A stretch of DNA of 64,000 bases from Vicugna vicugna (Eukaryota), in contig MU057640.1 of assembly GCA_013265495.1 (NCBI GenBank), forward strand, positions 1,373,303 to 1,437,302, written 5' to 3'. This document shows positions 26,341 through 39,007 of the stretch, one piece after another. Each line of letters opens with the position of its first letter. The first letter of the stretch is position 1. The position numbers and the translations under genes were made by a program. The notes below the pieces were generated by a model. That model searched no databases, was not told where the DNA came from, and worked only from the letters and a program-made list of their open reading frames with translations.

Positions 26341-28154
26341 TTTAACCAATACATCACAGAAAACACATCCAGTGTCGTATTTTGTTGTAGATGAACCACC
26401 TCCCGTCACGGACCCGTCTCTCCAGGGCCAGGCCTTCGGTCCCATCTTCACAGTAACTACTATTCAAAATTCGATGTGAGAAATGTTGCCCAACCCATCC
26501 TATTTCCTCACACTCACACACACCTATTTCCTGCTCCCCCACACAAACTGGGGAGCCTAGAAACAAGGGGGAAGACTCTGAGCAGACAAGGCAGGGTCAC
26601 AAGATCTGCTGGCTTTCCCTTGAGCAGATTCGTCCTTAGACCAGTGTCTGCAACTCTGTACTGTGTGTTAACTCAGGCCGACAAGTTACACAGCTTGGTT
26701 ATCCTCTCCAGGGTACAGCTGCCTCTTTAGAAGCAATAAAGCTGACAATTTGTAGGAGAGACCAAAGGACGGAAGACGAACAAGAGGAGGATCACAGAGC
26801 TACTGGAGAGAGTCGTAAGGACCCACATGCCTTTCTGATCCCCCTCAAGAGTCCATCTTGAACTGCAGTTTAGCAAAATGCTTCACATTAATATGACATG
26901 CTTGAGGAAACCAGAAAAGACCCGGTTAATTACGGCAGATTATGTGTGCAAGGCAGTTTCAGAATATACCCTCCTTGTCCTCAAAATAGCCAAAATAAAA
27001 AGCTCTGGATGAATACTTTGGTCTCTAGGGAAATCCAGACATCCGAAAGGGAGCATGTCTTCAAACTATCAGACAAAGGGGTTGTCACCACATCCTGACA
27101 TTGGCACGTAACCTCTGGGCCATGTAGGAGGTAAGCAGTATTAACTACTACCCGAGCACAGTCTGATCTAAAACACCTGGTTTGAAGAATTCAGGTAATT
27201 GACATGGTCACTGCTGCTTACTTTTCAAAGGACAAATAACCCATCAAAACTACTTATACATTCCACCATCTGAAGTTCATGAATCTACAAGAGCTCAGGT
27301 GCAGGACTGGTCATATTTTTGGGGAAAAAATAGCATAAAGAATATTGTCTTGGCTTTAGGAGACCTAAAAATTAATTACTAAAGCTTAAGAGAAACTCCT
27401 GGATAATAATGGGTTCAGAGCAAATTAACAGATTGGGGGGGGGCTAGCAAAAATAGCACATGAATGCCCAAAGGAGAAAAGAAATACTTGATTAAATTTG
27501 TTCCATCAGGAAACCTCCCCAGAGACAGTGAAATAAAATTTTCAGCAGTGCTGTTGGCTTGGCAGGAGCGAGGAGAGGGCTCCTGGGCTTCCCTTTGGGA
27601 AAGTCCGGGAACCAAACTGCCCAAGCATCTAAGCAGGACCAGCTTATTTGAAGGCAGTTTCTGACACGCAAATGCAGCTAAGAAAAAGCCTGGCTAAGTC
27701 ACATTCGGCCCTCCAGGCTGAGATCGCAGGAGTCAAAACAATACTTTGAGTTCTGGACAGCAACTGGGAACAAATGGGAGACTGAGAAGAGGAAGAGTGT
27801 CATGGAATATAAAAGAAAAACGTCTGACAGACTGCCAGGCCGAGTGTTTTTTAACATGAAATGTTCAGTATTTCTCAGCTACTGGGGCCAGACGTTTAAA
27901 AAGTGGGTATTACCAGACTTCTCTATCTGTAATGGTGCCTTTATACACCCAGAGATGTAAATCCGGGGAGCGGTCCAGGTTCGTGATTTTTTCCAGCTGC
28001 CGGTGCCCCATGCTGAAAGGGAGCTGTACCCTGAGTCAGACTTTCCATCGAGGGAACTTTCAGCATCCCATGTCGTCTAGGGCCCTTCACAACCCCCTAC
28101 CCACGTGAAGGCGGTCTCCACTGTACACGAACGGCCGTGGACCCTCAGACCTAC

Positions 28155-28429
28155 CTCCGCGGGGTGCAGTCATCATGTGGGGGGATGATGACCACCTTCA
28201 CGGTGACGGATGTTCTCAGGAGATCGATCATCTGCTCGTGGCTCAGCGTGGCCACTGCCACCTTGCAGATCTCCACCAGCCGGCTGCCCTGCCTCAGCCC
28301 CGCCTGCCAGGCATAGCCGTAGGGCTCCACGTCTGCCACGATGCCCTCGTAGTTGACGTGGAAGCCAAGCTGTCCCAGCCCGTTCCTCCGCAGGGTCATC
28401 TCCACCGACTCACAGCCTTTTGACACAAA
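28155..28429 (-). CDS. SIPA1L1: SIPA1L1 exon F (275 nt, phase 0-2), PDZ domain: [25 protein letters not shown]...PPHDDCTPR(R)
   Basis: Overlaps ORF 28151..28426; QLGF PDZ carboxylate-binding loop. Acceptor tctttgtctAG and donor GAG|GTAGGT. Confidence 0.97.
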
Positions 28430-29052
28430 CTAGACAAAGAAAAGAAAGAGATCACAATTTAATGAATGCAAAGGGGTACTGAGTGGTACACACGGTGCTG
28501 GGGAAACACGGCAAGCAGGGTTACTTCTGAACACCCTAACGCCAGCTGAAGAGCGGTCTGGTTATTTCCCCTTCACTAATCTCCATCCATTAGGCCCCAA
28601 AGAACAGACTCGTCGCACCCAAAGAACTTGGCGGCTTCTCCGCGGTTATAAGGAAACCTCTATCGGAGACCTGCGGGGATCTGGCAGCGAGGAAAACGTA
28701 TATTCTGCTACTCACTTCACCCTTAAAACATTCAAAGCAGCAGAAACTCAATCCAACCATTCTTTTCAACAACTACAGCTGACTGGCTGGGCTGCCTCGT
28801 CAGTCACCAAGGCAGTGGGATCAGGTCACAAAAACGCACAGTGAACGTGCCTTCTCCCACTTGTTCTGTGACTTTTCCTTCTGAAAAGTGACCGGCAGCC
28901 AGTGTGACATGAACTCAGTGTTCCTTCACGTCATTAAGGGAGTTTTCAGAGGCGCTCATCAAACAGGATGAGCGTCTATAACTTGGCTCTGGTCTGTACC
29001 GAAAGCTTTACGAAAGGGACAGGCAGACGGTTAGTGGAAGGAAAACACTGAC

Positions 29053-29626
29053 CTGAAGCCTTTTGACAATCTCTTTGATATCCTCGTTGTTAGCGAAACT
29101 CTCCACCGAAACACACTCGCCTCGCTCGTAGAAGATTTTGAGGCTGGTGTCAGTCGAAGTCCACCCTATCACATCTCGGCAGGAACAGTTGAAAACCACG
29201 CTCTTTGTTTCCTGTTCGATGAGGACGATGAACTCGTTGGAGATGCCCAGGAGGCAGTCCATTTCCATGGCCCTGTTGTAATCTTTGGCCCGGACGGCCC
29301 ACACAACGGCCCCCGAGCTGCTGAGCTCAGCTCCCGGGTATGGCTTAGACTTTTCCTTCTTCTTGGAGGCCAGGGAGATGAACGGGAACTTGCCGGATGG
29401 GTCAATAGGGGTGTTGGTGACATTCTTTTCTGCCAGATCTTTCAGGTACTCCTGGCGGGTCCGGGTGGCCATGGCCCGGAACTTCTCCGACTTATGAGCA
29501 GCGTTTTCTGCGTTAATCACTTTGGCCAAAAGGAAGTCCCTGAACACATTTGACTTAGGGAAGGTGACCCCTTTGGGGATGGGAGGTCCAAAGGAAGGCA
29601 CATCTCTGGACCTGGTGACGGCCACA
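29053..29626 (-). CDS. SIPA1L1: SIPA1L1 exon E (574 nt, phase 2-0), C-terminal RapGAP and linker: (S)[15 protein letters not shown]...KEIVKRLQ
   Basis: Lies within ORF 29008..29637. Acceptor tgtctcttAG|T and donor CAG|GTCAGT. Confidence 0.97.
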
Positions 29627-30343
29627 CTAAGAGACAAAGCAAAGATCAGAGAAAGAGGTGTGTCAATACTTCTCCGACTCTCAGCATGAGAATGAAATAC
29701 ATTTTCTTAAAGACAAAGATGTCCCTCAGAATGAAAATAACTGTCACTGTCCCACAAGAAACAGGACACACTTCTGCTTAATATGAGCACACTTTCTCAT
29801 TCAGTTGTATTTAGGATTTATAGAATATAAAGGTTTTCCCAGGTCAAAACCCCCAAAAATCTTTTTTTTCATTAATTGATAGTAAACCAACCATAACTCC
29901 ATGAAAACAAGATTGACTGTAATATTCTTCATAGAACATAACATTTTAAATACCTAGTGATTATTTCCAAGGTGGGGGGTTGTGACTCTGACCATATAAC
30001 CTTTCAGAACAAGCACAGATTCTACAAGCAATCAGATTAAAAAACATAACGCTAAAATGAAAATTGAAATTTGAGTCAATAATAGAAAGAGATTATGATT
30101 TCTACTGTAATAGCAACAGTGCTTTAAAATCACATTTTTAAACTGAGCTATTATTCTTTGGTCCAAATTGTCAACTTTTGGTATTTGGTTCTGACAATTT
30201 ATTTGTGAGGAAAATACGTTCCTTTTTCTACTCCTTTAAGCAAGATTGATTTAAGAAAGCCTGTTCCAGGCATTCCTTCTGCGTTTATATTGCTAAAACT
30301 GGGCCTAAGGAAAGGACCATACAAGCATCTGTGAGAATCTATT

Positions 30344-30785
30344 TTGTTAACACATTTTTTTATTGAGTTATAGTCATTTTCCAATGTTGTGTCAAATTCC
30401 AGTGTAGAGCACAATTTTTCAGTTATACATGAACACACATATATTCACTGTCACATTTCTTTTTTCACTGTGAGCTACCACAAGATCTTGTATATATTTC
30501 CCTGTGCTACACAGTATAATCTTGTTTATCTATTCTGCATATACCTGTCAGTATCTACAAATTTTGAACTCCCTGTCTGCCCTTTCCCATCCCCCCTCCC
30601 CACTGGCAACCACAAGTTTGTATTCTATGTCTTGAGAGTCTGTTTCTGCTTTGTATTTATGTTCTTCTTCTTCTTTTTTTTTTTAAGATTCCACATATGA
30701 GTGATCTCATATGGTATTTTTCTTTCTCTTTCTGGCTTACTTCACTTAGAATGATGTTCTCCAGGGACATCCATGTTGCTGCAAA
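30344..30785 (-). mobile_element. Young 5'-truncated L1 3'UTR (sense to SIPA1L1)
   Basis: Perfect 12-bp TSD tgagaatctatt (30332-30343 / 30786-30797); its reverse complement closely matches 12111-12342. Confidence 0.92.
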
Positions 30786-31127
30786 TGAGAATCTATTATT
30801 TTTAATCTCAAAAGGAAAAAGATTAAGTTTTTCCTAAAATAACAATAACAGAAGTGAAATGCAAATGGGGAGGTTGTATGTTTTATATCATGTTCTAAGA
30901 TCTCATTCCTTAACCTCAGCAAAGTTGGAGATGGCTGGAAAAGATGACTCTAATAGATCAAACATCCCCTTTTTCAAATTAATTATTTAAAAGTGAGTCA
31001 ATCCTGTAGCTGTACTAAGTATTAGCAGGGCACTATAGTATCTGTTTCTCCTGATTTGCCAGGATGGAAAGAACATAACTAGAAAGTGTGCATCCTTCAA
31101 ATTAAACTGAAGCGCTCTACTGCATTA

Positions 31128-31256
31128 CCATTATTTGCGGGGGAGGTAATTAGGTTCATTTAATTTTTTTTTTTCAATCGGAGGTACCGGGGATTGAACC
31201 TAGGACCTCGTGCATGCTAGGCATGCTCTCTACCACTTAAGCTGTAACATCCCCCT
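31128..31256 (-). mobile_element. tRNA-Ala(AGC)-derived SINE (camelid Vic-1-like)
   Basis: ggggattgaacctaggacctcgtgcatgctaggca...ctctaccact; TSD ctct(a/g)ctgcatta (31115-31127 / 31257-31269). Confidence 0.88.
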
Positions 31257-32764
31257 CTCTGCTGCATTATTTTTTTTCTATGTTTCAAGGGTTTGCTTAA
31301 TGATATTCTACTTTGCTTTTCAAAAAATGATTATTTCTTGTGAAAATAGAATAAATAAAAATCAGCAACCTCAGGATAAAAATTATGTATTTTGTCAGAA
31401 GATGCTACAAGCTGGTTTATTTTTGTGAAAATGGCTTTTCACAAATTTATCTGGAAAAAAAAAGTTTATGACAAAGAAAAGATGCAAAGCAACACTCCAT
31501 TTTCTAACTGGAGATGAGAATTCACAGAAACTTCCATATGCATGATAGCCTAATTACATCAGTATTAGAAAGGCAATTTTTCTTGTCTAATGTGAACTGT
31601 CTGGCTTGAATGCTGACAGCTGTATAATTTCAATTTGATCATGTCACTTTTTTTTTTCAAGTCAAGCAGATGATGCTCAAATCCAGATTTGCTAGCTTTT
31701 CTAAGAGGAATCCCACAAGGATCCAGAAATATTTAATATTTTTCATTTTTAAATTGGCAATTTCTTCCCTTGCTAATTTCACTTCAAATCACTTGTTCTT
31801 AAGAAACAGCTGTGATTTGACTTTAAATAAGGAGAGGAAAATGTTTAGCAGGAGATGTCAATATGAGCACCATCCATCCACTTGCCCCTTAAACTCACTG
31901 GTTTTCTACAGATCTGTCTATTAACGAATAGAACTTTAGGCAAACATATACTGAAAACCCACCAATAATTAGAAGCATCTAGAATGAACTACGAGGGGAA
32001 AAAACTGAATCCTGAACATCTAATTATCAGTGATTCATTGTGGTAGGAAGGTAAATGATATAGACACTAAAATCAGCTTTGCATCATTAGAAATAGAATC
32101 CTTACAGAAGGCGATGAGGAAGATGATACCCTAGGAATGCTCTTTTCAAATAAAGGGTTTTGTTTTGGGTAAATTTAACTTTCAAGGTTTTCTACAAGGT
32201 TAAAAGCTCATTAATTTAGCTGCCACCAATTCTGAACTCTCGATAATAAGGACTGTTTTAAGCTAAGTAGAAGAATATTTTTGCCTTCAAAGAATTTCAG
32301 TGTGCTATATATAGATACTTAAGATGTATTCATTATAAATGATTCTTGTTATTTTTAAAAGCAGATTCCAAAGGGACACATGTATGTTCGCCTTGTATGC
32401 AATACTGTATCTTTTTAGAAGTAATACATTCTTTAAAATTATAGCCATGTCTCATTTACTCAGCATTGTCAAGGACTAGGATGTTCTACTCTAGAGGGTT
32501 ATCTAGATGACAGACAGACAGAGAGATGGACGGACAGAAGATCAGAGGCTGAAACAATTATGGAAAGTTAGCACTGGAAGGGTACTTGGAGAAGTCAGGG
32601 TTCCTCAATCTCTGCCAATAAAATCTTCAGTTTCGTCTTTAAGTTCAACTTGATTTTGCATTCTACTGAAGAGTATGTGTATTCATTTTAACATAAATCT
32701 GTTCTGTCCCCCACATCTTGGAGTACAACTGAGGACCAGGAAGGTGTTCTGTTTCACTCTGTAG

Positions 32765-32935
32765 TTTGACACATCCTTGAATCTCCATTTGAACAGCTGG
32801 TACAGGACAAATTCTTCATTTCTCCAGGAAATAGATTCACAGAAGTAAAATGATTTGCCCAGAGCTTGTTAGAGAGGGCGCCAGGACTGGAGCCTGAGCT
32901 TCTGGACAGCCAACAGTGTGCTCTGGGCCACCACC
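32765..32935 (-). mobile_element. MIR fragment
   Basis: gattcacagaagtaaaatgatttgcccagagc...ccaggactggagcctgag. Confidence 0.5.
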
Positions 32936-33429
32936 ACACTTATCCCTTGAGGGGATGTTTTAAACTCTCCCACTCCTGAGGTGCTTGTAAAAAGGACCAT
33001 CCTCAAGAGTCACAAGGCCAAAGGGATCACCATTAGGCTGTTTCTAGTGGGTGGGGCCTTGCGACATTTGCTGGCATCAAGGATGTTGGATGAAGTCACA
33101 AGCTGATAGATGGGAATGTTCCATTCTCAAGTTGACACTTGGGGATGTTCCAGAGACATCTGAACAGAGGTCTCAATGAAAAAGAGTGAGAAGAATAAGA
33201 CACTTGAACTTCTGAGGCACCATGGAAATAGCAATAAACAACAGAATTCAAAAGGAAGAGGGCTTAGCATCAAAACAATAGAGCAAAGTGTTCCCTTAAA
33301 GCTTTGATGAGAATGCCAGCTTAGGGAGCTTTCCAAGAAAGCAGACCTTGGCAAAGGACAGGACAGATGAGTGGCAGAGCAAATGCATGCCCATCGCTCC
33401 CTCCCCAGGGGCTCTCCACGTCTAACAGC

Positions 33430-34030
33430 CCGCATTCATCAACACTCACTGAGCACCCACTTCATGCTAGGAGCTGCCCTGATGTGGGGGACCAAGGATG
33501 AGCCGTCACATCTCAGCCCTCCAGCTCACAGCCTGGTGGGGGCTACATCCAGTGGCATGAGTGCTTTCCCAGGGAGGTACAGCATGCAACTGGAAACGCT
33601 TAGGAAAGGCCCTTTACCCAGTCCTGGGAGGTCAGGGGAGCCCTCCCAGGGAAGAGAAGGAGTTCATCAATGAAGGAGGGGCAGGGAAATGTGTGAAAAG
33701 AGACATTTCTGCCCGGAGAGCATCATGTGCAGAGAGGAGGGCTGTAAGGAGCTCCCCGTAGCTCGGCTGGAGTGAGGTAGGGCTGCGGGGAGGATCAGCG
33801 GTGCCAGTGGATGCTGAGAGACAAGAGAAGCCAGACCTGAAGAACCCCATGCAGTAGGCTGTGCCAAGGAGTCTCAACTCTTCCCTACATGGTTTTAAGC
33901 ACAAAATGTGACATATTCAGATGTTTGCCTTAGGAAGGTCAGCTACACTGATTGGACAAGAGGGATGGTGATTATGCCTTGGAATAGACTTCCTGAAAGA
34001 TATTTCCACCACTTGACCCACTTTGATTTT
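33430..34030 (-). mobile_element. L2 3' fragment
   Basis: cattcatcaacactcactgagcaccc is the reverse complement of an L2 3' end, followed by typical purine-rich sequence. Confidence 0.6.
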
Positions 34031-36065
34031 TTTTTCTTCCTGGTTGAAGCCTGAATGTTTATTTTCATGCAAGAGAAGAAAAGAAGATGGGCATGGACAT
34101 CTAATGTGCACACACGCACACACCACCCTCCTTGCTTACATCAGGTACTTGACTTTCGGGATTTTAAGCAGATGTCAAGCAACCTTCCACTGCACAGAAG
34201 GCGAAATCTAAGATCTGGGGGGTTTAACAATCTGATCTGATTCCAAGTGCTTTTTGTACTGCCTCACAGGAACTCCTTTCAATACTGATTACATTTTAAC
34301 CACTGAACATGGGAATCTTTCTGAGAGGAGTAACATATATAGCTACCTTCCTAAACACAGCTACTGACCACAGTTTAACACTCGTTTTGAAGATGGGTTG
34401 TTATTGTAACCACTTATTACTATACTAGTTTGAAAATTAACAATTCTTCAATTTCATCAAATAGTGAGTCAAAAGTTCTGTTTCAGTTGTTTAAGATGTC
34501 CTAAGTTTTTTTTTAAAATCCAGTCTGAACTGTATCCAAATAAGGCCCATTCATTACAATTAATTTAATCTTGGTTTTGTTTTTTTTTTCCAGTTGTTGT
34601 TGTTATTTCCCCTCCACTTCCCTCACTTCTTTCATTTCCGGCAACTTACTTGCTGAAGAAACTGGGCTGTTTGTCACACAGAGCTGTCCAGAGTCTGAAT
34701 TTTGCATACAAAATTGCGTACATGTTTGAATACAAACATGTTCTTTATATTTCTTGCAAATTGGCTTCTCTAGAGATTTGATCAGATTCATATTCAATTT
34801 TGGGGAGAGGGGATAAGACTAATTCATACATAGGGGTGTATTCTTCCATTATGAGACACACATTTGTCTCTTTCTATGATTAGTTGCTTTAAAAAAAAAA
34901 CTGGCAAAAATTGTCACACTGTGTTTTCACAAAGTGAGGCCCTCAGGGGTGAGTGAAGTATGTCTGGATGACAAATGACCCCAGACTGCTATGCTTATTG
35001 AATTTGTACCTTTAACATGAATAGCGTTCCTGCATCTCCCTTATCGGTAACCACTTATTGATGCTTTCAGTACATCCTTGCCACTAAAATGGCTCATCCT
35101 TTGGATTTGTTGCCTCTAATTTATTCTATCAACTGGAACCAGATAATTAAGCTCTTTGTAACGATACAAATAGAATAAGAGAGACCAGAGGGCTCTCTTA
35201 TCAGGTGCGGGCATAAGCGTTCGTACGCAGATTTAGTGATTAATTTCTGAGTTCCTGGCTATGCCTTCTACTATTCAAGGTTAACTGGTTACTGGAATTA
35301 GTTTGAGTTGGTTTTTCCTGTATAAACTTTCCAGTCCCTAGGGAGATATAACACACATTATATCAGAGCCTCACTTTCATATTCACTATAGGATTTTTTT
35401 TCTTTATTCCTCTGTTGTATCCCAGAGCCTAGAATAGTGCCCACCAGCACATTCTAACGGCTATAAAAGAATGGTGAAAAATAAATGGATAACAATAAGC
35501 TCTAAATTTGTATTTCTGTATAAAAATTACCTTGCACGGGGACAATGGTAAATTTTCCTAAAACTCTATTTACACAGTGTTATCTGATGGGCTAGCATTC
35601 CAAGGCCCTCCACTGTCCAGGAATCTTTCCAACAGCAAAGCTTCCTTACTGCACTTTCCATCGTCTTTCCTATGTCTATGTGTCTATCTATACTGCTGGC
35701 CGCCCCTAGACTCTTAGAATTTTTTCTTTTTCCATTGACTTCCACCATCCATGCTCCAAAACACACACCAAATCCCATTTTCTCAGTTAAATGTTCCTTA
35801 TAACTGCAGCCTGCCTTGATTCTCTACACAGTTACAACCAGATGCTCCTTTGAGGAAATAACTTCCCTCAGTGTGGCCACCAAGGAGATGTCACTAAATA
35901 AATGTGAGAGTTCACAGTGGAGAAAGACGGGAACAATGGATTTTAAATGATGAAAAGCATTTGAATTATTCTAACTACATCACTGAGAGATGAAGTTAAA
36001 TTAGCTTTAAAGAAAATTAGTGTAAATCAATGCATGTCTGAGTTTTACCTGTGATGAAAGTGGTA

Positions 36066-36133
36066 AGAAAGAAGGAAAGAAAGAAGGAAAGAAAGGAAAG
36101 AAGAAAGGAAGGAAGGAAGGAAGGAAGGAAGAA
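36066..36133. repeat. (GAAA/GGAA)n purine microsatellite
   Basis: Seen directly. Confidence 0.9.
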
Positions 36134-36757
36134 ATTCACATCCCTAGTAGTTTGGGGAGGGGCTGGGGTATGAGAAAATCTCACACTATCAAAATTCTTT
36201 GAAGACCCAGATTTTATCTTAAAACTAAATTTTCCAGGCTACTTCCTAATAGGTTTAGCTCATGAAAATAAACCTCTTCACACCACTTCCTCCCTCCAAG
36301 CATTAAAAACTACAAGAGTGGTGCCCTATTTATTCTGGGCTTTCAAACATCTCCTGATATCACCACGTACCCCGAGACACATGCCTACCTCAGCCTGAGA
36401 AGGACTGAGAAAAACTGAGGTACCTAAAGTTCACAACAGGAAAAGAGCGCACCTCCGCGCCAAAGCTCGCAGCGCACTGGGCCTGCGCGCCTGGCAGCTG
36501 GGAAATTCCAGGCTGGACCCTGTGTTGTGAGCGGGGGCGCACAGCGTCCTCCTGCAAAGGCTCCCAGCATCACGCAGGGGGCTTCAGAAGATGGGCTCTC
36601 CAGGGTAAGAGATTAAAAATGAGAGAGAGAGAGTGCAAAAATCATGGTTTTCAGGCTGGGGAGGAGGGTTTGAAAGAATAAAATAGGAATCACCTCCTCA
36701 TCCAGCCAAGCATGGAAGGAGGCTCAGACATCTGTCCTCCTTACCTGCCGACTGAGA

Positions 36758-37235
36758 CCTGCACTGGCCACACATGGCCGTTGAGGATTCAGAAGTGTGG
36801 CCAGTATGACCAAGGAGTATCAAATTATGTTGAATTTTAAAAATGGACACTTGACTCAGTTATTCAAAAGGCTTTTAAAAGTATGCTTGGAATAAGCTGG
36901 GTATTATGAATTTACTTTTTCAACAAATTTTCTGAAATCTAAATACAGACTATTCCCAATGAAAAGTGAGCACCCTCACTGAAATGAGCTCTAAGTCAAA
37001 AGTGCACTCCAGATTTCAAAGTTTTAGTCCAAAAATAAAATATCTCAAGAATCTTTTAATGAATTACATTTTGAAATATTTCACGTAAATAAAATATGAC
37101 CTGAAATTGACCCCATAGGCTCAGAAACATATTGTTCAAGTTAATTTTACCTATTTCCTGTTACTTTTAAAAAATATGGCTACTAGAAAATAGACAATTA
37201 TTAAGTGGCTAGTATATTTCTAGTGGATAGCACTT
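36758..37235. mobile_element. hAT-Charlie (Charlie1/MER33-related) fragment
   Basis: ggccacacatggccgttgag... and gttaattttacctatttcc...gtggctagtatatttctagtggatagcact terminus. Confidence 0.55.
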
Positions 37236-37687
37236 TACTTAGACAAAGGCTTTTAAAGAAGAAACTCTCTTTAAAAGAAACTGCATAGCTGTTCACTCCC
37301 CAGACTTCCTAGTGACCATTCAAAAGGGATTCAGCTTTCTATCTGCAAAGTAGTATGAAGTCCTCTGTATGAATCTGGGACACAGCATGTTTCAATGGCT
37401 CGGGGTATTTTCTAAATGCAAACAGTTATCCATCTCAGTTATAGTCAAAAGTTCTGCCCTTGTTCTTTCCTCTACACCAAACCAAAGCAGCTTTCAGAGA
37501 CCTTGTTCCTGATAAGAGGCTTCAGAACTAGGGTTCTTTTGTTTAAGTTTCTACCCCTTGAGTCTAGAAAACTATGGAGCTCCTGGATCTTAGGTTTTCA
37601 CACTGGCTTGGCACTGGAGAAGTTCTGCAATAGCTTGCTTGTCAGTAGCAAGGGCAGCAAAGCCCCGATTCCTGTGGCACGTGAGTG

Positions 37688-37930
37688 AGGCAGCATGGCC
37701 AAGCGGGTAAGAGACTGGGCTCTGGAATCAGACCGGTGCATTCAAATCTGAGCTCTGCCCGGGACCAGCTGACTCAGGCAAGTTACCTATTCCCATGTAT
37801 TTATGTTTCCTCATCTGAAAATGGGGTTAAATAGTACCTACCTCAGAGGTTTTAAAAATTAAATGAGGTCACATACATAAAGTACCTAGACCAGAGCTGG
37901 GCTTTTAATTAAGAGCTCATCACAGGTAGT
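37688..37930 (+). mobile_element. MIR SINE (well preserved)
   Basis: ggcagcatgg...gggctctggaatcagac...ggcaagttacct...gtttcctcatctgaaaatgggg...aatagtacctacctcagagg. Confidence 0.8.
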
Positions 37931-38849
37931 TACGGGGGAACGGGCAGGGATACCGACAGTCAGCGGTAGCCCAAAGTCACCTTGACTTGTTTTGTTCCCT
38001 GAACTTGTTTGCTCTGCTCCTATAATTAACCTGCATGACACCTAGGATTAGACAGTTGTAGATCTCACCATAAACCAATTAACAGTCTGCACTGGCCACT
38101 TCCTGCGTAGGTGGCTATTTTAATTCAAAAGCAAATATCCAAAATTAACAAAGCCTAATCTTCCAAATTTTAGGGAATGATAAAATTTCACATTTTGAAA
38201 GGCAAGATTCCTATCAGAACATCTTACTAATGCAAGAACAGCCTTATATGTCTTTTTGGCACTATACCCCCTCTTCAATACCAACCTCTCTAGGATTCTT
38301 GCAAAGGCCTCTGCAGGTAGATGCTTGAATTCTGATACCCATGAGACTAGGTCAACGAAGGACACTGAAACAATTCCACCAAATGCTTAACAAAGCATAG
38401 AAATGGCCCTAAGATTGCAGTCAGAAACTTCAGAGCGAATCAAGTCAGTCCCAAGCAAGGGTCTGGGCTTTCTGAATAATAATAATAATTAAAAAAAATT
38501 AAACTTCTCTTCCCTACTTATTATGATCATTCTTCTCTGCCTCTGCCATGCCAAAAGCAAAATATAATTAGCAGAATGAGTAATTAGCTGGTGACCAGAT
38601 GGCATGGATGAAGGACACCACCTAAGGGGGAGGTGCAAATGGAAACGGCAGGTGTCTAACCAACATGTCTGGGGACTGTCAATGCCATCAGGTTACATCA
38701 TCGTGCGAACTTGGCCATCCGCATGCACAGTTTAAGGGCAGAAATAAATAGGAAAAGACTTTCCACTGCCACTTCAGAAGGCAGAGCTGGAGGGGGCCTT
38801 CTGTGTGACCACCAGCCCAAGCCCATCAAGCCACTGCTGGAACCAGTAC

Positions 38850-39007
38850 CTGTAGCAGACACTGTCAGTGCAGGGGTTGTGAACCCTGACAATGACGAAA
38901 ACGTGCTGGAAGTGGGATCGGATGTTCTTCGGGCTGAATGGCTGTGCTCCGGGCTCTTGGAAAACAATCGTTACGATGTCGTTTCCAATGTGCCGCTTCC
39001 GTAGGAG
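38850..39007 (-). CDS. SIPA1L1: SIPA1L1 exon D (158 nt, phase 0-2), RapGAP catalytic helix: [20 protein letters not shown]...NPCTDSVCY(S)
   Basis: Translated by hand. Acceptor ttcttttAG|CTC and donor CAG|GTACTG. KRHIGND motif with the catalytic Asn codon at 38981-38983. Confidence 0.95.

Noticed and set aside
19951..28154. In-frame stop codons directly at the donors of exons F and G (also H)
   Set aside because: A trivial consequence of phase-2 GTAG/GTGA donors.
28175..29497. Alternative-frame and antisense ORFs over exons E and F
   Set aside because: By-products of GC-rich coding sequence.
38698..39004. ORFs 38698..38967 (-) and 38711..39004 (+)
   Set aside because: Shadow frames overlapping exon D, which is read in a different frame.
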